Assembly: GCF_052425735.1 (NCBI RefSeq)
Contig: NC_135768.1
Location: 7,812,001 to 7,876,000 of the forward strand
Reading direction: 5' to 3'
Source: Oculina patagonica
Taxonomy: Eukaryota
DNA length: 64,000 nt
A model generated the notes under the pieces. The model saw nothing but the letters and a program-made list of their open reading frames with translations. It made no database searches and had not been told where the DNA came from. The translations under genes were made by a program, and so were the position numbers. This document shows, one piece after another, positions 13,601 to 23,859 of this stretch (the stretch's first letter is position 1; each line of letters opens with the position of its first letter).

Positions 13601-13695
13601 TTCAGGAGTTTTACGAGAACTGGACAAAGAGACTCGACGATATCACGAATAAACACGAAGAAGAACAAAGGATACAAGCCAAGCAGAAAAAGTAG
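1374..13695 (+). CDS. Gene A: CUB-Ig-fused, iGluR-topology channel with K+ selectivity filter (GluR0/AvGluR1-like), 738 aa, 12 exons
   Basis: Manual model join(1374-1418,1527-1593,5336-5426,6021-6316,7290-7607,8497-8954,9387-9481,9677-9833,10881-10944,11607-11884,12671-12842,13520-13695). All introns are GT-AG, phases are compatible, and the total is 2217 nt, open to TAG. Signal peptide MQCEKPAGGFLKIILLLKLLLAISLWTEA, then CUB, Ig, S1, M1, WWAFVTMTTVGYGD, M3, S2, M4 and a coiled coil. Confidence 0.88.
5142..5173. repeat. (ATC)n microsatellite
   Basis: About 10 perfect ATC units. Confidence 0.95.
5336..6316 (+). CDS. Gene A exons 3-4 (5336-5426, 6021-6316): CUB domain
   Basis: C...LTGDRGNFTSPG..GYPNNTNCSWVI...INITFHDFDLE...C.YDYVKV.D...YCG...VRVQFKSDDSITGRGFNATF is the classic CUB consensus, including the Tyr/Glu/Asp/Asp Ca2+-site signature. 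Confidence 0.93.
6361..7222. repeat. Pyrimidine-rich (CCAT/CCTA/CCCA) microsatellite region with three N runs (6451-6590, 6625-6801, 6852-7179)
   Basis: The flanks and islands between the Ns are simple repeats. It lies in gene A intron 4. Confidence 0.85.
7290..7607 (+). CDS. Gene A exon 5: immunoglobulin (I-set-like) domain
   Basis: LKCEVSASPEALVYW...DGSLRIRGLRRNDTGYYRCYANNSEG shows the B-strand Cys, C-strand Trp and D-x-G-x-Y-x-C motif. Phase 1-1 exon. Confidence 0.93.
8497..9833 (+). CDS. Gene A exons 6-8 (8497-8954, 9387-9481, 9677-9833): S1 lobe, M1, pore helix and TTVGYGD filter, M3
   Basis: WYDIPPY...GLFPMLL...CCGNC...GVAFIV; M1 WPVLLLTLMMALLSGIIMWGL; EGFWWAFVTMTTVG|YGDRSPRGFVARIFAIVWVLVGLVITSIFTGVVTTSLT. 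Confidence 0.92.
10143..10289. repeat. Palindromic interspersed element (non-autonomous)
   Basis: Inverted arms GTATACTATGGAATATCCCACGAGTCAC / GTGACTCGTGGGATATTCCATAGTATAC, with outer AGTTA...TAACT. Confidence 0.7.
10581..10843 (+). mobile_element. tRNA-derived SINE with V-domain-like body
   Basis: A box TAGCTCAGTTGGTAGAGC and B box GGTTCGAGTCCC, followed by TCGGATAAGGACGATAAACCGTAGGCCCCGTCTC...GGACGTAAAAGAACCCACACACTTATCGTTAAGAG, which resembles the V-SINE core. Confidence 0.75.
10881..13695 (+). CDS. Gene A exons 9-12: S2 lobe, M4 helix, cytoplasmic coiled coil
   Basis: IAAVANSTEYRLG...GVLVDTY...YYGIVF...QTCF (S2); AIYTCLGLLLFFTACGIIWDYGY followed by the basic stop-transfer RHWKKK (M4); LMQEVQEFYENWTKRLDDITNKHEEEQ, then TAG at 13693-13695. 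Confidence 0.88.
13132..13307. mobile_element. Tc1/mariner-type MITE
   Basis: TA-CAGTCAACTCC...GGGAGTTGACTT-TA terminal inverted repeats. Confidence 0.6.
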
Positions 13696-15944
13696 AAAAA
13701 GCATTCACCGTAGTTTAGAAATATGTTCGCTCTATGAGTTGCATAAAACCACTTGCACAATTTCATTCATGATCACAACTCGACGATAATTTGGTCCGCT
13801 AATTTAAATATTGAATAGTCGAAAATAAGTCGATGACAGGTCGTTGACAATCGGCGAGTATTAGGCGACAGATAGTCGAGCAAAGCCCTTCACTAAGTGT
13901 TCACCACAGGGGCCATGATTTGAGAACAGCTTCAGGTACTGTCGGAAAGGAGTCGGTAGCCGGTCGGTGAACAGTCGATGGCATTCGGTGAGTGTCGTAA
14001 GATGATCCAGCGACTTTCTCGTCATTGTCTTTTTTACTTTTATAGAAAATACGTAATGAAACATAAAAATGCACCAAATGATTTTAGTGATTTTTTTCAA
14101 CCAAATATAATCTGATTCGGTATGGGAGGTAAAATGTAGAAACGAATCTGGAACTTTTAGTGTTTGAAGACGAAATTATTTTGCACATGTAAAACCAAAG
14201 ATCGAGTTATGATGATCGCAAGCTCTTTTACCTTTATTGTTGTTATTGATAAAGGGTTGAATGAGATTCATAGTAGGTAACGGAAATGAGGCTTGGTGAA
14301 GTCGAAAAGTGTTTCCACTCTAAAAGTCAATTTGTGTTGAACGTCAAATTTGCCTCCATGGGTTTTAAAGAAAGCAAAAATTTAAAATCACAAATATATA
14401 GCTTTGTATTAACGTTTGAGATAGTCTCCAAAGGGGTTTTACACTTACCCTGTTATAACAGAAATTAGAATTTCATTTCTCCTTAGGAGAACACTATAAA
14501 ATCAACAAGTTGATTATGGGAATGTAGAAGCTGGCCACCAAGAGAAAATTGTTTTGATATATAAATAAATTCTCCCAACTTAATTATAATGTAAGAAATG
14601 TACGGCGTACAGTAAGGGGAGAATACGTGTTGTTCAGTCAGCGAGTCATTAGGAGGTGGCCATTTTTATGAAGGCTTTGTTGTGATGTATTTGCGTTGTT
14701 TGCTGTTAAAAAGAAGCACATTTTAAGGATCCGAGTTCTTGCTGAAGGAATAGTTGAATGAAACAGATAGAGAATAACTGAATAGGATTAATGTAACAAA
14801 GAGATTTTCTTATTCATGTTTTGAAGTTTTGAAGTTTAAGGGTGCTGAGTACTTCATATAAATTATTCAAATTTTAAGGGTGCAACTCTGTCCAAAACGT
14901 TGACATTTCAAGGAAATATCACTTTAAGTTAACATTAATTCGCTTTTTTTCTGTATTTCTTCAGTACGTACACGGGTGTTGTTGCATTACATGCTATACC
15001 GTTGCCACTCAATTATGTTCTAGATTATTTCTTGACACCTTGACGTTCTGTTAAAGGGCAGTCAAAACCAATGTTGATCTAAGAGGTGTAGATAACTAGC
15101 ATGAAATATCGAAGGACTTTTGTCGCATGTTCGAAACCGTTTACATTCTGAGACAAAACGTCTGAAATTCGAGCAGACAAATTTCACGTTGATAAGGCTG
15201 TTCTGGAAATGCGTCAGGTTAGTCAAGTTGAATAACTTGATAAAAACGAAAGACACAATGCCAAAATGTCAAAAATTAATGAAAAGTAGAATAATGAGTC
15301 GCAACTGTACAATCCATTTTTCCATTTTTCTGATTTTATTCTTGCGTCTCCAAGACCATTTATTAGTTAACCCAACCAGTTGTAAATAATGTTTTAAACC
15401 ATCATTTCTCTTTATAGATTTGCAAGATAGAATATCTAAGGCAATGACAGCTTCAGAAAATGTTTTGCAATCCTTTTTTGCTGTAAAAATTCCTACATGC
15501 TCCTTCACTTTGATTTAATGTAGCATTTTTATCTATACATAAAGGCCCAACCTTTTTTCACTGCCAGTGAGAAGTGCGACGTCGTTGCTCCTAGTGAGAA
15601 GATTTAGGCAAAAATAAAGCAAACTCAAAATTCCCTTGGACTTTTCAGAGAAAATCATTCACACACGTTAAGAGAATTGTCAAGTAAGGAGCACCAGGGC
15701 TGTAAGGTTAATAATAACATTACTTGGGTTTGGTTCGGTTTTAAGTTGACTGTGCTCTGTAAATGTTTAAAAATATTATTTACTATGATCTTGCCACTCC
15801 TTACAATTTTTTAATCCATCACTAGCAAAATCAAAACCAATCCTGACTGTTACTGTGATCGTTTTCTCGCATCTGATACCAGTTACATTGTTTTTACTTC
15901 TTCTTTTTACTTTTTACTTCTTTAGTATTGCTTTCATAGACTAA

Positions 15945-16688
15945 AGCTGTGTTCACATTAGGCCGAAACATGATTAGTCACATCACGAATGAAACATGTT
16001 TCGTTGTGAAAAGTGTTCACATCAGGCATTGCGTTGCGCGAATCATGATTGAAACATGATTAATCTGATCATGATTGAAACTACCTCGTGAGGTAGTTTC
16101 AATCATGATCAGACTAAACAAGTTAAAAATGGCGGACATGCGGTGAGGAGGCGAGTGCCCAAAAGCTTCAAATTTGGGCTTTCTATGTGACCAAATGTTT
16201 ATTTAAAACATGGGCTAATCAAGCGATATAATATGAATTATCGGTGATGGATAGAAAGCAAAATATTTAGCAGAATATCGCCACGAAAGTTTACGACGGC
16301 GGCTATATAAGCGCGCAGCATTGCAGCATTGCAATGCAAAAACAAAATAAAAATCTTCTGTTACCGACTGATAGCGCAAATTCTGACAATACTGTCTGCT
16401 TGCTAAACACTTGAAAGCCCTGCTCCACCAATGGGCTTGAAAATAGACAGAAAGACAAAGATTTAATGGAAACTTTTTTTGTAATTTCCAGCTATATTTT
16501 TACAGTTAAATAAAGTGTAAAGATTTATGCAAGAACCGTGAAACCGCATAAATTTCACACCAGGCATGAAACGTGTTTGAAACTGACACCTAATGTGAAC
16601 AATGCAATAACAAGCATGTTTAGGTGAAACCTGTTTCGTTGAAACATGTTTATTCTAAACATGTTTCGGGTTAAATGTGAACGCAGCT
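15945..16688. mobile_element. PIF/Harbinger-type non-autonomous DNA transposon (744 bp)
   Basis: TIRs AGCTGTGTTCACATT...CCGAAACATG / CATGTTTCGG...AATGTGAACGCAGCT, TAA TSD on both sides (15942-15944, 16689-16691), and many subterminal AAACATG repeats. Confidence 0.85.
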
Positions 16689-17271
16689 TAATGTAATTAT
16701 TTTGGATTTGGTTTCGCCACCGTCATCAGAAAACCACAATATTATTGAATGGGTATTCCTTCAAGCTAGCTGAAAAGTCTAGTTTACAGCTATTCATTTC
16801 TTAGAGTAGATCTCTAAGGAGCAAACTTCAGTCGGGGATAATAAGTTGTTTTTGGCGGACATTGATCGATTGAGCCCACGGTTTGAGCCAGGATATGCTA
16901 AGCAATATGATGTGTCGTCATAACTACACGCTGCCGTGTGATTGGACAAAAACGATAGGAAATGTTCCTGGTCTGTGCACGAAAATTTGCTTAAAACGAC
17001 GCTTGTTTCCCCCGACTGGACTAATGCTATACTTGAACGTAATATTTGTACGCCTTCTTTTGTCGAGGGCTTTTGATCTTTATATCATTATTTATTCGTT
17101 TGTTTAAAAGGCGTTGAACGTCAGTAATTTGTATCACCTTGTTTAAAATCATCAACACACGCTTTGTAAATAAAGAAACATGTTCACTTCTAGTACTCGA
17201 GATATTTTTTTTTAACTTTGTTTTTCGATTTTCGTTAAGTGATGGGATGTAAAGGTAGAGTTTACATCAAA

Positions 17272-17731
17272 TATAGTGGCCCATACAGGCCAGAGCTTAT
17301 CCCGGTTTCAGTAGCATGAAGCGACAAGGAGTATTTCTACTCCCTCTGGATGGAATGCTAGTCCATCGCAGGGTTACTCCCCAGCATTAGTTCGCTTGTA
17401 CCGATTTATACACCTGGGTGCAGAGGGGCACTATGAGTGTAAAATGTCTTGCCCAAGAACACAACACAATACCCCGGCCGGGCTCGAACCCAGAGTCCAG
17501 GGCCCGGTTGCATAAAAATACTTAAGATTATGGGGGATTTTCTACAACAGCTCTCTGCGTTCCGGTGAATGTTTTCAAAGCGTTTTGTTTTTTCCAGTAC
17601 TCTTTAGTAAAGTTTCTCCTTATTTATCCTGATAAGCACGGGAGAAAACCCCTCAGAGCACAGGGAATAGCTGCAGAAAATCCCACGTAATCAACCGGGC
17701 CCACCGCACTAACCATCAGGCCACCACGCCT
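17272..17731 (-). mobile_element. tRNA-derived CORE-like SINE interrupted by a 203-bp MITE (17500-17702)
   Basis: The minus strand has a tRNA head (GGCGTGGTGGCCTGATGGTTAGTGCG...GGGTTCGAGCCC) and GTGTTCTTGGGCAAGACA...CACCCAGGTGTATAAAT core. The insert is bounded by GGGCCCGGTTG / CAACCGGGCCC. Confidence 0.8.
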
Positions 17732-20144
17732 AAGCGATGGTATCTACATGGTGATCACTGATGGTACATCGATGGTGATATTAGACGATAAGGATTTATT
17801 GGGTATAAAAAAAGTGCTGTTGCTCCTAAACGGGCATGGGCACCCCTCCGTTCTTATTTCAAAATTTAAGTTCCTATAACATAAACAATCAATAGGCATA
17901 GTTTAACAAACTTCTCAGTGCAGATTCTATTTCAGTGGAATGACCTTAGAAAAACGGCACGCGGTCATTTCTCGGCAGTTAAAATTTGACCAATTCTAAG
18001 CTAAACCCCATCCAGTTCCCCACCAGTTAAAAAATGGCTTTTTGCTCCACCAAAATCGGGACATGCGTTGTCTTTTGAATTGGTGGCTTAGCCCCTCGAG
18101 AGATTAACCAATACGATAATGACAGTTTGCAATCCTGTTTTTTTTTTTTATTATAGCGTTTTATTGAATAATTATCTGTTACAGTTTACGGTATTGTACA
18201 TATTATTATTTTTTGTTTGTTTGCAAATTAAACAAAACTGTTCAGTTTTTAATTTTCATTGTTTCAGTTCACGGTAATAAATAGGGAATAAGGGAACTGA
18301 TAAAGAGCTAACAGGTTTTGAAAAATTAAAACCAGAAAGAGTTTAAAGTAATTCCCAACATAAAAAATTCATTTCAAGCAATTTCTGACCAGCAGTTATT
18401 CCAGTTATTTATATATGTTACAACATATAATTTGAGATTTCACGTATTTGCAAAATAGATTTCTATATACAGCATTTCATAAATTTAAAATTATAGCATT
18501 AAATCATTTAGCTGTTACATTTGTTACCCATCACCACACATAACTAAAACATTTAGACATGTAAAGGGATATTTATATACTACCTGTCATATATTTTACA
18601 CATCACTTCAAGCCTTACATAAAAGTAGCACTGCTGTTGACTTTAAGCTATTTTTTACAACTGTAAAAAATAAGTTTAGAAAAGCAATAAGTTTTAATGA
18701 ACAAGATATCTGACAGAGTTTCATACTTTAAAATGTTACTTTCATGTTTCATATTTCTGGTCTACGATGTAAACCATTTGCATCCTCGCCAGTATCCATC
18801 CTAGCCTATTTATGGACTGATTTAAAATTTTTTAAACTTTTCTTCTCGTAATCTTGCTCAAAGTCGACAGTGCTTCTAAAGTATAAACTAAATCTGCTTG
18901 AAGCATTTTCTAAAGGGTCCTATGCCTATTACTTCAAGGAAGTCCTATTCGTCATTTGAACACAAATGAATTCTTTGATATTTACTGTGTTTTTTTTAAC
19001 ACCCGTTCCTTATGGATGTCCTTTCATCTTTGCTACTTTGGGAATTTGTGGATAAGACGCTTTAAGGATTGGGCTTCGAATATAACATGCGGGGAGCGTA
19101 AATAATGATAAAGCTTATTCTTAACACAAGATGTTAATATTATACGATAATACTTGTTGTGTAACATTTTGTAATGGTTAATTTCATAACAATCGCAGCC
19201 CTAACACTGACCAAAATCTAATTTCACCTTAACGTCAATATACAAAGCGAAGCATACAGATTTTGAAAAAACAGCAACCGATCACTTAGGGAGTGTTTTC
19301 GGAATATCGAGTTTAAATTTGCTATTAAGTTATTCTAAACATAACTACAAGAAATGAATGGATATTTGGAAGTAGAATTTATGTACGTTTGCATCATGGC
19401 TTACAGGGTTAAAATCTGACAAATTTAAAAACAGCATGGTTACTGACACTATAACACAACAAGAGATGATGAAGTGGGACACAATCAATTTCATTGGCCA
19501 CCATTTTAAACAATCAGAACTTATGTAAAAATGACGTCACAAGCACTGTATGTAATAAGTTTAATCGAAATTGGTAGTATCTAAGAATTGAAGTTCGACT
19601 GAGTTTCTGAAAAAAAGGAAGTTCTTATGCCACTCAATCGATCACTTGAAAGTACTGTTAGTATATTATGGAGAAGACTATGACAAAGTAAACTTATTCA
19701 CAGTGCTCGGGGGTCATTAATGCCACGAACTGTGGTTCGTTGCTACCTGGCTACCAACCCTCCCTCTAAAACAGAACAATGTACATCCTATTTTCAATAA
19801 TTTTGCTCCATTATCTCGACATTTAATAGATTGAACCTTTACTCAACCTTTACTAAAGGCCTGGCCATGCATGCTAAATACAGCTTCCTTGCGTACCCTC
19901 TTGACGTCATGGCTCGACTAGCCCCTGGTCCTCACATTGTTTGGTCTTTTATCCACCCGTGAGTGAAATTTTTAAACTGCTTAAACTCGGTAAGGAAAAT
20001 ACAATTTCCCGTCACGAAGCACCGTTGCTATGGTAACATTCGAAATCTAACTCCCAGGAGACAAAAACACATCGCAGCAACGTACAACGGATATAACAGC
20101 TGTAGTAATTGGCATATTTCATTGCGACACATTGTCACTTGTTG

Positions 20145-23100
20145 TTATGGGACTACCCCGTTAACATATCTCACAATGCTTCCTCTAATAGGGAACCCGA
20201 ACACATTCTTTTGAACGTTTCCATTCGTAGCTTCAACATCTCCTTTTTCAGCCTGTTCTTGTTTCAGACGCGCCAATAGTCGTAATTCTCGTCGATGTTT
20301 CGCTTTGAGATTTTCCAGCCTCAAGCGACAGTTTTTGTGGAAGTCTGTTAGTATCTTTCTCATCGTTTCTTTACTGTTATTGTATTCGTAGAAAGGGTCT
20401 TCCTTTCTGCCAGATTCCAAGTAGTCACTGTATTCTAGAAGTTAAGGTACAGAAAGGAAATATTTTAATTATAAATTGCCAGTTTTTTAAGAATATACAT
20501 TGGTTACACATATCTTTGCGTGACCATGCCCCTTGGTTTTTGCTAGTAATTTTACTTACAATGTGTTTGGTTTGGAAAGCTGGTATTTTAAGCTGTCATT
20601 CATTCTCCCTACGGACATAAGCTGTGCAATTTTCGTAGGAATTTGTCCAGAGAGACGTGACATTTCGGCAGTGGTGACCTGTTTTCCGTTTCTTTCTATT
20701 TATATCAGCCTCGTCCCAAGGGCGCTCTTCTCTTCAAATTTGGAAGACCTTGGAAGGGCCACTTTGAAGGGAAAAGCGCCCTAGAGATATAAGAGCCTCC
20801 TGTGGATAAACTACCATGATTCGTTAGCGTAGTTGCACTTTCCATTTATGTGGAGAAACCGGTGAGAATATTCCGAAGATGGACAATTTTTAAAGGGACA
20901 GTACAATTTTTCAACCAACACAATGGCATGGGGCAACTTCTTACCATTTGAAAACTTTTCAGTAGAAAGAACTGTTCTATTTCATTTCCTACCATAACAT
21001 CTTTCATCGGGAAGCATGGTATTAGTGCGAAAAAGCAAAATGGTACAGTTGTATTCTGAACATTCCAGAAAAAAAAGGGAAAAAAAGGAATTCCTCTGAA
21101 GGTATTCTATTTTTCCGAACAGTGGAAGGAACCGTTCCATTTGATTTTTTTACCGAAAAAAAAACAGGTTTCTTCGCACAAATGGAAAGCGCTACAGCAA
21201 TATGATATGCCGAGAGGGCCGGTATGGGCTGTATGATAAAAACAAGTATCTTACCATATCTTCTTGGATTTGGGTTGCGTTTCTTTCGGGTAAGTATCTC
21301 ATACACCAGGAAAATAACTGTTAATACAGCTAAAGAGCCTCCGCACCACGTGATAGTCTGAATGTAGACAGGAGACTCCGCGTCAAACAACCCTTCTGTA
21401 ATGTCAGCGGCTTTGTCTTTCTGTAATCCCTGCAATAGTCCAAACAGATAATTAAATCAATTCTCCGTGAGTGCATGCATGTGTACTTTTGTTACTCTTA
21501 CTCAAGTCTGGTGTAGTATTAAATACAATGCCTAGGTTCGAGGCTGCGCTCATTTAACCACAATTTATTCTCGTTCGTAAGAGACTTAAAGGGCGTGCGG
21601 CAACCAAAGAATAAAAACACCACGATCGCTACCATCACCCACAGCAACAAATCAACAACAGTAGATGTATAGTAAATGGTTTGAACCCAGGAGTATCAGT
21701 AGGTCGTATAGTGTGATCGTCCGGGTGAAAGTAGTTCTGAGAAGAGCTGTTGTCGGTGACTGACGTTTCGACAACCTGAGCAGAAGTCATCTTCAGAGTC
21801 AAGTGAAAAGTTGTTGTCAGTCGATGATGTTATAAGTCTGGTCCGTTGAAGTTGATTAGTCAGTTTAGCCGTGATGTTATTGGCTGTAAGACTGGTGTAA
21901 AGTTTGTCATCAGTAATTGGTCAGTTTCGATCCGTCTATTGTTAGTCTACTTAAGTCGTTTTGTTAAGTCTACTAACAATAGACGGATCGAAACTGACCA
22001 ACAGTTGATGTCATAGTTTTATCCAGAACTTAACGCTCGTATTACTGCGGCGACTATTTTCACTGTATCACGTGTTCACATGTTCAGCCAGTTTAGAAAG
22101 GTAATCTTTAAAAACTATGTCCTTACGTATGTACTTGTGACTTTCAGTACATTGTTTCGACGTAGGTGATATAATCGTGATAAAATAGTCGATCAAAGAA
22201 GGAAATGAAGTTAATACCATAGCTTTTAATTTTCAATTACATTAACATACTGAAAATGTTCTTTTTTTTTGGCGCTATGTTGCTAGATAAAATACCGACG
22301 TTTCGGCATTATCGCTCTGTCTCTCCGGAGTTCAAAACAAAAAGCTAAGAGCCAGTTGCTTGAACCTAAAGAAGTCAGTTGTGCCGAAACGACAATATAT
22401 CGCTGAAAACAAAAAAAAAAACAATTAATCTTTATTTTTCTAGTTCAACACGCTAAGTAGTTAACATCGTTATTAATTTCTATTACCGTAACTCCCTGGA
22501 CATTGTTAGTGATGATTTCAAACGTAGACGCTCTCTCCTCTTTGAGAAAATCTCGGAAGCACTTTTGCAGCTTTCTAGCATGCCCGGCCATGACGACCCC
22601 GTATGCCGAGGGGTAATTGATCATTTTGGTCATACGAAGACCTCGACCCCTAAATAATTCCATGCGACTTCCTACAGTGTAAGAATCTATGAGAGCCCCG
22701 TCCACGTGTCGGTCCGTAAGAGATTTGGCCAAGTCCTCAAGTGTCGTATACCGTCGCTCTGAAATGAAATAAAAGAAATATTTAATAACTCGACTACTAA
22801 TTTAAAGATAGAGACTGTACAGACAGTTCTTCGAGTTTCACACACAAGGCGATCGTCAGACTGTGCATTAAGTGCAGTCTAAAGAAATTTTAAACTCATG
22901 GAGGACTGTTAGTCAGAGAGATCCTTCTTCTGATTGGCTGTTTAAAATTTAGTTTCGTGCCTTCATTTGGTGATCAATTTAGATCTCTTTTTAAGCAAAG
23001 TAGATCTGTCAGCAGATAGAATATACAGCTTCTCCGTCATACATAAGAGTCTTCCTAGAGTGCATGATAATCTCAATGTCTTCATTAGAAACGGTGGTAA

Positions 23101-23859
23101 ATTGCCTCGCGTAGTCTAGGGCTTCAGAAATGGACGGGTAGAAATCAACTATATCAAAAATCAGGAAGGTGTGCTGGCTCTTGTCTTCTATACTTGAGAA
23201 CCAATTGACAACAGAGCGTGTGTTCCTCCATTGGAACTCGACTACGCATTTTTCACAGTGTACGTTCGAGCAATGAAGGTTCAAGTGGAATCGGAAGCCA
23301 CGGGCGACTTGTTTTACTCCAAACAACTGGGCATTTAAAGGCGTCATTTCTATTGTCTATAAGAGTGTATACTATAAAAGAATGTCGTCGATTTGTTTTT
23401 TACAATAATAATAAAACTTTATCAGCGAGAATTTTCAGAAACGTTTAAAATCAGCCAATTTACTTTCATAACCTTTCGGTTTTCGTTTATTGGGAAAGGC
23501 CGCCAGTTCTCAAGTTTTAATTGAGTTGCATTATGGTTCTCATCAGCGATAGCTCTCGACCTATGAGGACGCGAGAATTTTGCCAGTTACTGTAAAAAAT
23601 TTAAGTATTATTGCCATGAAGTCATGTCAAATTTTACTCTGCAATTTATTTTCGTGAAGGCTTTCGAAACGTCTTTTTTTAGAACTCTGAAGTGTTGTGT
23701 TGTTTATAAAACTTTTCACTTGACTTCTTCTAACAAGACCAGATACGAGTAAAACATACTTTGTCAGAAGGGAACACGATTATAATACTTACCTCGATCC
23801 ATTTGGGCATTTAGTCGAATTCCAAGACGAAATTCCGCTGAATCATCAATGGCAGAAAC
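20145..23859 (-). CDS. Gene B exons 17-20: S2 lobe, M4 helix, cytoplasmic coiled coil and tail
   Basis: VSAIDDSAEFRLG...DGALIDSY...AYGVVM...QKCF (S2); TITWCGGSLAVLTVIFLVYEIL then TRKKR (M4); MRKILTDFHKNCRLRLENLKAKHRRELRLL, then TAA. Confidence 0.88.

Noticed and set aside
8497-13695. Assigning an iGluR gene symbol (GRIA/GRIK/GRIN)
   Set aside because: No LIVBP-type N-terminal domain, no SYTANLAAF and a GYG filter is present. Orthology cannot be supported.
13381-13704. Antisense ORFs over the last exon of gene A, and alternative-frame ORFs over the TSP1 exon (33766-34684)
   Set aside because: Shadow ORFs of real coding exons with no recognisable motifs.
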